Source of the DNA: Candidatus Falkowbacteria bacterium
Lineage (GTDB): Bacteria > Patescibacteriota > Patescibacteriia > Patescibacteriales > GWE2-39-37
Direction of reading: 5' to 3'
Length of the DNA: 53,963 nucleotides
Assembly: GCA_037137775.1 (NCBI GenBank)
Contig: JBAXJQ010000005.1
Coordinates: 1 to 53,963 of the forward strand
The notes below the pieces were generated by a model. The model was not told the origin of the DNA. It did no database searches and saw nothing but the letters and a program-made list of their open reading frames with translations. Positions 36,129-45,563 of the stretch are shown in pieces (within the stretch, counting starts at the first letter, position 1; the number at the start of each line of letters is the position of its first letter). The translations under genes were made by a program, and so were the position numbers.

Positions 36129-38678
36129 ATGAAAATAACCAGCACCTTTCAATTCGATTACCAAAAAATTAAAGGTTTATCTAGGCAAGAAGCTGCTATT
36201 CGTTTAGACAAAGAGGGCTTAAATCAACTAACCATAAAAAAACGCAACGGACTATTTAAAATTTTGATAGAAATTTTAAGTGAACCGATGTTTTTTTTAT
36301 TGTTAATCTGTAGTGGTTTGTATTTTTGGCTTGGCGAACGAAATGAGGCAATTGCTTTATTGCTTTCCGTGTTATTAATAATACTAATTGAGCTATATCA
36401 AGAGAATAAAACAGAACGAGCCTTAGAATCGCTAAAGGATTTGTCTAGTCCGAGAGCACTGGTAATCCGAAGTGGCGAGTCGGTGCGAATTGCTGGCAAG
36501 GAGGTAGTGCGTGGTGATGTTGTTGTATTATCAGAAGGCGATAGGGTGCCAGCGGATGCCGTATTGATTTTTTCGGTTAATTTGCAGGTAGATGAATCGA
36601 TTTTAACCGGCGAGTCCATGCCTGTTAATAAAATGGCACGTGAATCGGCTGAAGAAATTGAATTACCTGGCGTAGAAAATAGCCACAGTGTATATGCTAG
36701 CACCTTGGTTGTTGCGGGTCATGGCGTTGCGCGTGTCGTATCAATAGGACAAAATACCGAAGTGGGAAAAATTGGTAAATCATTAAATGCACTAAAGCCA
36801 GAAAAAACTAAGTTACAGGCTGAAGTTGATAGCTTGGTTAAGACTTTGGCGATATATGGAGCAGTTATTTGTTTGGCTGTTGCCTTAATTTATGGCTTAA
36901 CGCGGGATAGTTGGTTAAATGGATTTTTAGCTGGTATTTCGCTAGCGATGTCAATTTTACCAGAAGAGTTTCCCGTTATTTTTACCGTATTTATGGCTCT
37001 GGGTGCCTGGCGCTTGTCACGTTTTAATGTGTTGACTAGTCAACAAAAAACCATTCAATCACTTGGCAGTATAACCGTTTTGTGTGTAGATAAAACGGGC
37101 ACTTTAACGGAAAACAAAATGGAGCTTGAAGCTTTAGACATTGGTAGCGAGGTATGGTTAAAAAACAATCAGTTGCCTTCGAAAAGCTATTTTGAATTAG
37201 TAGATTTATCTGTTTTGGCCAGTCAAAATATTCCCTTCGACCCATTGGAGATTGCACTAAAACAAAGTCATGCATCAATTCACTTAAATCAAATCGATCA
37301 AACACTAGACTGGGAGTTGATTCAGGAATATCCATTATCTCGTCAATTGCTTGCAGTTTCGCACGTTTGGCGCATTCCTCATAAACAGGAATATTTAATT
37401 GCCACCAAAGGCGCACCCGAAGCAATAATTGAACTTTGTCATTTATCAAAAAAAGATGAAAAATATTGGTTACGTAAAGTGACTGAGTTGGCAAAATTGG
37501 GATTGAGAGTGTTAGCAGTAGCAAAAGCTGAATCCGCACATATCGAATTACCCAACAGTCCGCATGATTTTAATTTTATCTTTATGGGCTTGTTGGGTTT
37601 TGGTGATCCGGTGCGCAGTGGCGTGCCAGAGTCGGTAAGCGAGTGTCATCGCGCTGGTATTAAAGTGGTTATGATAACTGGTGATTACCCTGAAACGGCA
37701 GCAAAGATTGGGCAAGAAATTGGATTACCAAAAGATGCAAGAATTATTACAGGTGTTGAGCTTGCTAAGATGAGTGATGATGATTTAAAAGCAGCAGTAA
37801 ACAATGTTTGTATATTTGCGAGAATTAATCCTGAGCAAAAATTAAAAATTGTCCAAGCCTATAAAGCGAATGGCCAAATTGTAGCGATGACTGGGGACGG
37901 GGTAAACGACGCCCCAGCGCTTAAGGCTGCACAGGCTGGCATTGCCATGGGTAAGCGAGGCACTGATGTAGCACGTGAGGCAGCGGGGATAGTACTACTT
38001 GATGATAATTTTAATTCGATAATCAGCGGAATTAGACAGGGGCGAAAAATTTTTGATAACATTCGCAAAGCAAGCTACTATGTTATGGCGATACATATTT
38101 CAGTGGCTGGTATAACTTTTTTATCTGTGATTGTCGGGTGGCCATTAATGCTTTTGCCTGTTCATTTAGCTTTTTTAGAATTAATCATTGATCCTGCGTG
38201 TTCAATAGCGTTTGAAAATGAACCAGCGGAGCGGGATGTAATGAAGCGACCACCACGTAACCCTGAGTTAAAAATTTTTACCTGGTCACTTTTTCGAATG
38301 GCGATTTTTCAAGGACTGTCGGTATTAATTGGTTTAGCCGCAATCTTTAAATTGGGGGATATTCTTAGTTTGCCCATCGAACAAATTAGAGCCATGGTGT
38401 TTACAACATTGATTATTGCCAATTTGTTTTTAATTTTAACAAATCGTTCTTGGACGCGGAACGTGTGGCAAAGCTTTAAACAAAAGAATAATTTTTTGTG
38501 GTTTGTAATTTTGTTTAGCTTTACTTTTTTAGGTGCGTCTTTGTTTTTACCTTGGCTAAGTCAGTTGTTTCATTTGATTAGACCCGATGCGTGGTTATTA
38601 TTTATAAGTGGCTTTGTCGGGGTATTTTGTGTAATGATTTTAGAAAGATTTGAACAAAACATAAATACCGAAAATTGA
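36129..38678 (+). CDS. Cation-transporting P-type ATPase (P2, Ca2+-like)
   Basis: TGES, PEEFP, DKTGTLT, KGAPE, MITGD, TGDGVNDAPALK. Confidence 0.9.
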   Translation: MKITSTFQFDYQKIKGLSRQEAAIRLDKEGLNQLTIKKRNGLFKILIEILSEPMFFLLLICSGLYFWLGERNEAIALLLSVLLIILIELYQENKTERALESLKDLSSPRALVIRSGESVRIAGKEVVRGDVVVLSEGDRVPADAVLIFSVNLQVDESILTGESMPVNKMARESAEEIELPGVENSHSVYASTLVVAGHGVARVVSIGQNTEVGKIGKSLNALKPEKTKLQAEVDSLVKTLAIYGAVICLAVALIYGLTRDSWLNGFLAGISLAMSILPEEFPVIFTVFMALGAWRLSRFNVLTSQQKTIQSLGSITVLCVDKTGTLTENKMELEALDIGSEVWLKNNQLPSKSYFELVDLSVLASQNIPFDPLEIALKQSHASIHLNQIDQTLDWELIQEYPLSRQLLAVSHVWRIPHKQEYLIATKGAPEAIIELCHLSKKDEKYWLRKVTELAKLGLRVLAVAKAESAHIELPNSPHDFNFIFMGLLGFGDPVRSGVPESVSECHRAGIKVVMITGDYPETAAKIGQEIGLPKDARIITGVELAKMSDDDLKAAVNNVCIFARINPEQKLKIVQAYKANGQIVAMTGDGVNDAPALKAAQAGIAMGKRGTDVAREAAGIVLLDDNFNSIISGIRQGRKIFDNIRKASYYVMAIHISVAGITFLSVIVGWPLMLLPVHLAFLELIIDPACSIAFENEPAERDVMKRPPRNPELKIFTWSLFRMAIFQGLSVLIGLAAIFKLGDILSLPIEQIRAMVFTTLIIANLFLILTNRSWTRNVWQSFKQKNNFLWFVILFSFTFLGASLFLPWLSQLFHLIRPDAWLLFISGFVGVFCVMILERFEQNINTEN

Positions 38679-38711
38679 TTTAAAAAATCGATTTTAAGCA
38701 ATAGGCTTAGT

Positions 38712-39206
38712 TTAGTACTGATTAGAATGAATTTTGCGCCAATCAAAGTCTGCATCAGAATGGGGCGGCAGCATTTGTTGCGCATAACCCAGTGGCAGTA
38801 AATTAATGAAATGATATTCAGCTGGAATATGTAATGTTTCACGCACTGATTCAACCCAGTCTGGTAAAACATGCTTCCAGACAGTGCCAAGACCAAGCGC
38901 TTCTGCTTCTAGCATAATAAATGCGCTGGCAATACTTAAATCTTCAACTGGAGTAGTTGATTTTTTTGTGTTTATAATTGGCACAATTAGCGAGGGAGCA
39001 TCTTTAATAAATGTTTGCCCAACGATTGAAAAAATTTTTTCTTTAATATTTTGATCTTTAATGACGATAAATTCAACTGCACGGTTGTTAGTGCTTGTTG
39101 GTGCAAATTGAGCTGCTTTAATTAGACTGACTATTAAATCTTCAGTAACTGGCTGGCTGATAAAATTTCTCACACTTCTTCGATTTGTAATTTCTTTTAG
39201 AATCAT
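38712..39206 (-). CDS. Nitroreductase family protein
   Basis: RRSVRNF, AAQFAPTS-N, LEAEALGLGTVW, LGY; ATG at 39206 preferred. Confidence 0.9.
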   Translation of the reverse strand: MILKEITNRRSVRNFISQPVTEDLIVSLIKAAQFAPTSTNNRAVEFIVIKDQNIKEKIFSIVGQTFIKDAPSLIVPIINTKKSTTPVEDLSIASAFIMLEAEALGLGTVWKHVLPDWVESVRETLHIPAEYHFINLLPLGYAQQMLPPHSDADFDWRKIHSNQY

Positions 39207-39210
39207 TTGA

Positions 39211-40614
39211 TTATTGTAGACAGGTTTTTGGCAAGAAAAACTGAGTAGACCCAAATTTTTTACCTGCCTGATAATTATTATTAATAAAGTTATCAACCGG
39301 GTTATTTATTGTATATGAAAATTTTTTAACCAAATCATAATTCATCAAAATGCATCCAGGCTTATTTTTGTATAATTGCTTGGCTGCTAATTCGAACTGA
39401 CTTTTGGTGTTGTGATTAGTAAGTAAAAAGGGAAATGAGGTTGGGTTTAATTTTCTTAAATCAGGATATAGTGACGGTGAAAATGGTCCAGCATAAATAT
39501 ATGGTGAAGATGAGCAATTTTTATTAAAATAACGTGTAAGCGAATTGTCATGCATATAAAGTGGCTTGGTGAAAAAAACATAGTTATCAAATATGCCAAC
39601 AATCCAGCCCAAGGCAGGAAAATATATAAACATTGAAATTATAAACATTGAAACCCATTGAATATTTTGACGAATATTTTGAGCAAGGGCATAACTACAC
39701 CAAAGAAGGGTTGGGAAAACTGCTATGGTTAGGTGGCTATAATCAGGACGACTTAATGTGGTCCAAAAAAGTCCAGCCTGAATAAAGATTAAAAAATAAT
39801 AAATGTTATTTCTAACATTGCGCGAATAATAAAAAATTAGTAACGAGCTTAAAACCAAAGGATAAAAGAAAATTTTTGGATACTGATTTATTGCTTCGTA
39901 ATTAAACAATGGAAATACGATTAAGCTTTTGAATATGGTGTCTATTGGCCAAAAAATAATTAAAATCGTTAACGGCAGTATAAAAGAAAGGGTAAAAAAT
40001 AAGATATATTTTAATGAATTTTTAGTATATTGCCATAGTAAAAAAATGATAGTTGCTATAAATACAATAATTGACCGATGAAGTAAAAATAAGCCAGACA
40101 AACCAAGTAAAAAACCGGCAACCGAAAGCATTAATATTTGTTTTTTTTGGTTTAAAAATTTAATAATAAAAAAGGTAAACCATATAATAATTGTTGTGCT
40201 AAACGAATTATGGTTTATGATTGGCCAGCCGGCAGAAGCTATTAAAAACAATGCAGGCGGCATTAGCACTAAACGACTATTTGATACAATTTTGCCTGAA
40301 AAATATAGACCGAGTGCACCGAGTAGTATACCAACTATGCCAATGCTTTTTGCAATCCAATAGTGTGGTCCAAGAATTAGCCAAGCCCAATATATGATAT
40401 AAAAATTTCCAGGCGGTATATATTCAAAAAAATCTAGATATAATTTATCTCCGTGGTAGAGTCGCCAAGCACCCTCGGTAAGCACGCCATTATCAGGGTC
40501 GCCTAAATAACTCATGTGATAAAAAATAATTATTGCAACAAAAAATATTCCTAAGATAAAAATAATTTTGTTTAGACTATTTTTAAGATAAGTTATTGTT
40601 AACAATAAATTCAT
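39211..40614 (-). CDS. Polytopic membrane protein, probable GT-C glycosyltransferase
   Basis: D-D-G in first loop, G-LY-DFF-PPG motif, about 10 TM, soluble C-terminus; very AT-rich. Confidence 0.65.
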   Translation of the reverse strand: MNLLLTITYLKNSLNKIIFILGIFFVAIIIFYHMSYLGDPDNGVLTEGAWRLYHGDKLYLDFFEYIPPGNFYIIYWAWLILGPHYWIAKSIGIVGILLGALGLYFSGKIVSNSRLVLMPPALFLIASAGWPIINHNSFSTTIIIWFTFFIIKFLNQKKQILMLSVAGFLLGLSGLFLLHRSIIVFIATIIFLLWQYTKNSLKYILFFTLSFILPLTILIIFWPIDTIFKSLIVFPLFNYEAINQYPKIFFYPLVLSSLLIFYYSRNVRNNIYYFLIFIQAGLFWTTLSRPDYSHLTIAVFPTLLWCSYALAQNIRQNIQWVSMFIISMFIYFPALGWIVGIFDNYVFFTKPLYMHDNSLTRYFNKNCSSSPYIYAGPFSPSLYPDLRKLNPTSFPFLLTNHNTKSQFELAAKQLYKNKPGCILMNYDLVKKFSYTINNPVDNFINNNYQAGKKFGSTQFFLPKTCLQ

Positions 40615-40615
40615 T

Positions 40616-41266
40616 TTACATTATTTTTGGAGAGTGTATTATTTGTATGATTTTACCGCCCACCAAATAATTAGCTGAGTCTGACTTGTGTATATAGATT
40701 GGTTGAATGGGAAGTGTTGATTCTGAAACTAGTGCAATTTGTTTTTGATCAGCATAGAAGCGTTTAATATTTGCAGTATCTTCAATGATAGATAAAACAT
40801 AATCGCCGTTTTGAGGCTGTTTGTCGGTACTGTCGATAACTACAAAATCGCCGTTGTAAATTGGGCCACCTTTGACAGACTCTGCTTTATTCATTGAATC
40901 ACCCACGGCTTTAATGACAAATAAACCATTAGAGGATTTTTTGTTAACAACTTTTGACGATATTTTTATATAACCCTCGATATTTTCGTGGGCATAAATA
41001 GTTGCTGGTCCACAATTTGCCGATCCAATAATAGGCAATGTGAATAAGTTGCTAGTTCCTTTTGCTTTTTGGTTAGTATTTTCGTTTGTTAGAGATAATT
41101 GTTTATTGTCCGAAGTGATAAAGCCTTTTTTAACAAGCTGTGATAGATGGTGCTTGATTTTTTGGGGATGTGATTCACCGATTAATTGGCCAAGTTTTCT
41201 AAGACCAACCTGGTTGATATTGATTTGTCCGGCAAGAGTTAAAATCTTTTGTTGAATTATGTGCAT
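40616..41266 (-). CDS. lexA: LexA-like repressor (HTH plus S24 peptidase)
   Basis: Winged HTH (HHLSQLVKKGFI), LPIIGSANCG cleavage loop, GDSM catalytic Ser, IKRF catalytic Lys. Confidence 0.8.
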   Translation of the reverse strand: MHIIQQKILTLAGQININQVGLRKLGQLIGESHPQKIKHHLSQLVKKGFITSDNKQLSLTNENTNQKAKGTSNLFTLPIIGSANCGPATIYAHENIEGYIKISSKVVNKKSSNGLFVIKAVGDSMNKAESVKGGPIYNGDFVVIDSTDKQPQNGDYVLSIIEDTANIKRFYADQKQIALVSESTLPIQPIYIHKSDSANYLVGGKIIQIIHSPKIM

Positions 41267-41288
41267 AACTTTTTTAATTTATATTATT

Positions 41289-41387
41289 ATTATAGCAAGT
41301 TAGCCAAAAATGTCAAATATGTTCAAGTATGTTGACAATAACAATATAATGCGCTATACTGATGATAGTTAATAACTAAACTATCAT
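41289..41387. promoter_or_regulatory. Divergent sigma70 promoters and operator palindrome
   Basis: - strand TTGACA(41316)-16-TATAAT with extended TG; + strand TTGACA(41332)-17-TATACT(41355); ATGATAGTT-N8-AACTATCAT at 41362-41387. Confidence 0.75.
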
Positions 41388-41627
41388 ATGTTTAAAAAAA
41401 TCAATGAGCCGATTGAAGTACAAGTGAAGTTTTTTCGCACACAGGTCTTTCCTTCATTTTTTAAATGGCGTGACAAAACGTATCGAGTTGAAAAAGTTGA
41501 CCTTATACATCATCAGCAAGAAGGGATAAAAAATATTTACCATTTTGGGGTAAGTGATAAAACAAATTTCTTTAGAATCGCATTTTTTGCTAATGATCTT
41601 TCGTGGAAAATTGAAAGCCTGCAGTAA
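41388..41627 (+). CDS. Small beta-rich protein (DUF6504-like)
   Basis: EPIEV..P-FF-WR-Y-V..HF-V..F-I-F..W pattern; strong promoter; family call from memory. Confidence 0.6.
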   Translation: MFKKINEPIEVQVKFFRTQVFPSFFKWRDKTYRVEKVDLIHHQQEGIKNIYHFGVSDKTNFFRIAFFANDLSWKIESLQ

Positions 41628-41701
41628 AAAATATTCAAAACTTTGTTTACTATATTTTAAATTCGCATATTTTAGTAGGCACTTAAACTACTTAGCAATC
41701 A

Positions 41702-41936
41702 AAAACAACTACACCCCTGGCGGAGTGTAGTTGTTTTGTGCGCCCAGTAGGATTTGAAGGGGCGGAAGCCCCGTCATGATAAAATAATGATGTTAAGCTT
41801 TTAAACAAATAATTCAATATTTATTGCCTTTATTTTTAATTTACGATTTATTTGTAGCTTCGCAAGCTACTACACACACAAAACAACTACACCCCTGGCG
41901 GAGTGTAGTTGTTTTGTGCGCCCAGTAGGATTTGAA
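41702..41936. repeat. 57-bp exact direct repeat (tRNA-Lys 3' 20 nt plus terminator), period 178 bp
   Basis: AAAACAACTACACCCCTGGCGGAGTGTAGTTGTTTTGTGCGCCCAGTAGGATTTGAA at 41702-41758 and 41880-41936. Confidence 0.95.
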
Positions 41937-41989
41937 CCTACGACCGTTTGCTTAAGAGGCAACTGCTCTACCGGCTGAGCTATGGGCGC
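41917..41989 (-). tRNA. tRNA-Lys(CTT)
   Basis: GCGCCCATAGCTCAGCCGGTAGAGC...loop CTCTTAA...GGTTCAAATCC...TGGGCGCA; CCA not encoded. Confidence 0.95.
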
Positions 41990-42007
41990 AAAATTATATA
42001 ATTTTTG

Positions 42008-42081
42008 TGGCTGGGGAGAGACTCGAACTCTCGACCTCGGCGTTATGAGTGCCGCGCTCTAACCAGCTGAGCTACCCAGCC
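42008..42081 (-). tRNA. tRNA with CAT anticodon, probably elongator Met (Ile2 not excluded)
   Basis: GGCTGGGTAGCTCAGCTGGTTAGAGC...loop CTCATAA...GTTCGAGTC...CCAGCCA; 1:72 paired, so not initiator. Confidence 0.9.
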
Positions 42082-42214
42082 AAATTATGCAATAAAAAAT
42101 ACGGCAACAAAAAAAACGAGCTGACGCCATAATTACTTGCAAGTGTAACAGAAAGGCGGCAAAACTTCAAGAGGAGTATCAAATCATCTATTTATTTAAC
42201 ATTAGCCAAATTTG

Positions 42215-43390
42215 TTAATTTGACACGATTTTTCCACCTTTAAGCTTTGACGAGGTTGCAAATTTTAAAATATCCGAATTAAAACCATAAGTATATTTAT
42301 TTTTGTTTTGATGACGCTCCTTGGCAAATACGATTAACTTCTCAATTAGAACTGGGAGTTCAATACCGCTGGCTTGCCAAAGGTGGTGATAAACCGTACC
42401 CGGCAAGGGATTGATTTCGTTAGCAAATAGATTTTTTGAAAATGAGTCATAAAGAAAATCAACCCTAGCAATTCCAGAGCAGCCGAACTGGATAAATATT
42501 TTTTTAGCCATTGTTTGAATTTGCAGCGTTGTTTCCACGTCTAAATCGGCTGGAATAATCAACCCTTTTTGCGCATTGCCAAGCTGAGTGCCGCCGTCAT
42601 TCAAGTATTTTTCTTCATAATTGAAAAAATCACTTTCAAAGCGTGACTCTTGTACTAATGAAGCAATTGGATCGGCGGTGCCAATTATAGCGCAAGTAAG
42701 ATCTTTTAGATTCAATACCGCTGCCTCAACTAATGCTCGTTCTCCATAATTAAATACTACCTCAATAGAAAATTCCAATTCCTGTCGATTGTTCGCACGG
42801 CTGATGCCAATTGAAGAGCCAAGTTTTGGCGGCTTAACAAATACCGGATATTGTAATTTTTCACATTGTTCAATAAGACCGTTTTTATTGTTATTCCAGT
42901 CGGCTTCAGAAAAATATATAAATTTAGTGGTTGGGATATTTAGCGCTTGATATAATTGTTTAGTAAGAATTTTATCCATGGCTACAGCTGAGGCGGCAAC
43001 TTCACAGCCAACATAAGGGATATTAAAAATTTCAAACAAGCCTTGAATGGTACCATCCTCACCGTTCATGCCATGAAAAGCCGGAAAGGCTAGCTCGATT
43101 TCGATAGTTTTACCAAAGAGCCCAGTTTTTTTAAATACGATTTTATTTTTTGATAAGTCTAAATCTATATTATAGCGACCGCATTTTTGTAGACGTTCGT
43201 CTATTCCCACCTCTTTAAAAAAGGATAGGGTGCCTAGTGCGCTGTCGATAAACCAGGCACCTGTTTTGTCTAAATAAATTGGCACAACATCATGCCCAGA
43301 TTTTTTTAACGAGGAGATTATTAACTGCCCAGTGATAATTGATACGTCATGCTCCGGGCTCTTACCCCCAAAAAATACGCCGATTTTCAT
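42215..43390 (-). CDS. ddl: D-alanine--D-alanine ligase
   Basis: FGGKSPEHDVS, HG-NGEDG-IQG, MDK, VKP-LGSSIG, YEEKY, ARVDF, NEINPLPG. Confidence 0.96.
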   Translation of the reverse strand: MKIGVFFGGKSPEHDVSIITGQLIISSLKKSGHDVVPIYLDKTGAWFIDSALGTLSFFKEVGIDERLQKCGRYNIDLDLSKNKIVFKKTGLFGKTIEIELAFPAFHGMNGEDGTIQGLFEIFNIPYVGCEVAASAVAMDKILTKQLYQALNIPTTKFIYFSEADWNNNKNGLIEQCEKLQYPVFVKPPKLGSSIGISRANNRQELEFSIEVVFNYGERALVEAAVLNLKDLTCAIIGTADPIASLVQESRFESDFFNYEEKYLNDGGTQLGNAQKGLIIPADLDVETTLQIQTMAKKIFIQFGCSGIARVDFLYDSFSKNLFANEINPLPGTVYHHLWQASGIELPVLIEKLIVFAKERHQNKNKYTYGFNSDILKFATSSKLKGGKIVSN

Positions 43391-43404
43391 ATAATAAATT
43401 AAGT

Positions 43405-44781
43405 TTAAAAATAATTATCTGGCCAGTCGTTCTGAAAAAGAATGGTGTCCCCAGGTTTTAACAGATTACCCAACGATTGGTGAGCGATAGTGGTGTTGTT
43501 AAATATAATATAGTTTGAATTGTTTGATTTTTTTAAACCAGTTACTATTTCTTCGGTTGCGCTATTTTTAATTAGCAGAACCTGATTAATGCCACGCTTT
43601 GCGTATTCAATACCAAGCTGTTCGTGAATTTTTTGAGAAGCTGAGCCAAGCTCAACTAATCCAGGTGTTAAAACAATTTTTCGGCCCAATGCACGGCTTA
43701 AAACCTCAAGGCCACCAATAAATCCATTGTAATTGCCATTATAGCTATCGTCAATTACCCATATTTTGGCTGTTGAGTTGTAAATTGGTTGTAGTCGATG
43801 TTTGATCGGCTGTAATGCAGCTAAGGCTTGAACCCATTGGTCTGGTTTAAGTCCGAACTCGGTAGTAATGGCGAAGCATAGAGCAATTAATGAAAGATTG
43901 TGCTCAGCCAATAATTGTGTTTTGTAGGTATTGGACAAATAGGTAAAAGTTATGCCTTTATAATCTGGTAAATAAGCAATATTAGTAAATTTTTGTTTTG
44001 TTGTAATTTTGATATTTGATAAATTATTATCGTTAAGATGGTCTATAATATTTTTATCATCACCATTTAAGACAACCATTTTTTTAGCAGCTTGTGCTAA
44101 TTCAAATTTTGCCTGAATGATTTTTTCTAAACTACCAAATTTTTCTAAATGCGCCGAAGTTATACCTGTAATCAATCCATAATCAGGTTCAACAAAATCG
44201 CATATTTTTTTAATCTCTCCGGTTCTAAATGCTCCCATTTCAATAATGATACAGGTTGTCTGTGGAAGTTTCTTGGCGTGGCTGATTAAAAATTGAGCAA
44301 TGCCAATATTAGTATTGATATTACCACCAGGAACTAATACATTATAATGCGGTGATAGTAGTGCGGTCAAAATTTCTTTAGTAGAAGTTTTGCCATAACT
44401 TCCGGTGATTCCAATTATAATTAAATGGTTGCGGTGTTGGTTGAGAATTTTTTTTGCTCGCCAAATTTGTATAAATTTTGCAGCTACGTCAAAGGGGTAA
44501 AAAAGTGCATGTGCTAATAAAATTAAAATTGGTAGAAATAAATATTGTATAATGAAAAAAACAAACAAACCAGTAAAACCATATGTAATATAACCAGTAA
44601 AACATGTTGTTACAAAAAGCAAAGCGGTTAAAAAATATAGTATTAAAATTTTAGCGGTCCAAAAAATTGATTGACGATTAGACAGTCGCCACCAGCGCAA
44701 ATGTTTGTAGGCAAAGCGAATAAATGGCTTTGCTTCATAAAAGTTGGCTTGAAAGATGTAAAGTAGTTGCTTAATTATCAT
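43405..44781 (-). CDS. murF: Mur ligase (MurF-like) with N-terminal TM helices
   Basis: GITGSYGKTSTKE, N-NIG, EMGA-GEI, HRL, IDDSYN-N-G, TPGLVELG. Confidence 0.85.
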   Translation of the reverse strand: MIIKQLLYIFQANFYEAKPFIRFAYKHLRWWRLSNRQSIFWTAKILILYFLTALLFVTTCFTGYITYGFTGLFVFFIIQYLFLPILILLAHALFYPFDVAAKFIQIWRAKKILNQHRNHLIIIGITGSYGKTSTKEILTALLSPHYNVLVPGGNINTNIGIAQFLISHAKKLPQTTCIIIEMGAFRTGEIKKICDFVEPDYGLITGITSAHLEKFGSLEKIIQAKFELAQAAKKMVVLNGDDKNIIDHLNDNNLSNIKITTKQKFTNIAYLPDYKGITFTYLSNTYKTQLLAEHNLSLIALCFAITTEFGLKPDQWVQALAALQPIKHRLQPIYNSTAKIWVIDDSYNGNYNGFIGGLEVLSRALGRKIVLTPGLVELGSASQKIHEQLGIEYAKRGINQVLLIKNSATEEIVTGLKKSNNSNYIIFNNTTIAHQSLGNLLKPGDTILFQNDWPDNYF

Positions 44782-45535
44782 TGAGTGCTTGAATTAAGAG
44801 TGTTGTGGCAGCTTGTGGTTGATCAATAAAGCAAAAGTGACCAGCCTTGGGAATTATCTCTAGCTTTGCGTGTGGCAGTTCTTTGGCGAAAATGTGAGCA
44901 TGTTTTAGCGGAGTTGCCCAGTCGTTTGCCCCCCAAATTAAAATGGTTTCGGTGTTAATTAAAGGTAAAAAGGGTCGTAAGTTATAGGCAATAATTTTTT
45001 TAAAAATTTCAGTTCTTGGACCCGCTTCAATAAAATCTTCACTGCCAATCAACCGATAAAATGTATTTCGAAATTTTTTATAAAGTGGATTATTAACTGA
45101 TGAAGTAAAAAGCGGTTTAATTAATTTTGTTAGTAGTAAAAAAATTGATTTTTTAACACTAGGTAGCCTCAAGCCGGCGCTATCGATTAAAATTAGTTTT
45201 TTTACTTGAGGAAATTTTAAGGCATACTGTAAGGCAATACTTCCACCGAAAGAGTGCCCAATGAGTATCGGAGATTTTATTTGAAAAGTATTAACCACTA
45301 GCTTAACCATTTCGGCATATTCTTCAAGTCCCCAGGGGGTATTTGGTAACTGGCTTTGGCCAAAACCAGGCAAATCGATAGCCAAGTAATTGTTTAGTGA
45401 TTGAAATAGGATTTTTAAATGTTGAGCTTCCGATCCCCAGCCATGTAAAAATATTGGTGTGTTTTGGAGATTGAGTTGGTCAGAACAATAGTAACTTAGC
45501 GTTTGCCCGTTTAGGGTTATAAATAGGTGGCGCAT
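44771..45535 (-). CDS. Alpha/beta hydrolase
   Basis: FLHGWG, DLPGFG, GHSFGG, WG-ND, AGHF; ATG at 45535. Confidence 0.92.
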   Translation of the reverse strand: MRHLFITLNGQTLSYYCSDQLNLQNTPIFLHGWGSEAQHLKILFQSLNNYLAIDLPGFGQSQLPNTPWGLEEYAEMVKLVVNTFQIKSPILIGHSFGGSIALQYALKFPQVKKLILIDSAGLRLPSVKKSIFLLLTKLIKPLFTSSVNNPLYKKFRNTFYRLIGSEDFIEAGPRTEIFKKIIAYNLRPFLPLINTETILIWGANDWATPLKHAHIFAKELPHAKLEIIPKAGHFCFIDQPQAATTLLIQALNDN

Positions 45536-45563
45536 AGTTATCAAGTTATGAATCTACACTTTC

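Noticed and set aside
33659-37539. Longer antisense ORFs (146 aa and 167 aa) and the other short nested ORFs in the track
   Set aside because: Shadow frames of well-supported genes with no motifs of their own.
41739-41758. Second tRNA-Lys gene
   Set aside because: Only the 3' 20 nt are present; no D arm or anticodon arm.
41772-41798. dif-like site (…ATAA-AATAA-TGATGTTAAGC)
   Set aside because: Spacer is 5 bp rather than 6, the XerC arm is poor, and the site is near oriC.
41702-41936. CRISPR or TIGR-type array
   Set aside because: Only two copies, 57-bp unit derived from a tRNA, 121-bp spacer, and no cas or Nop-domain gene.
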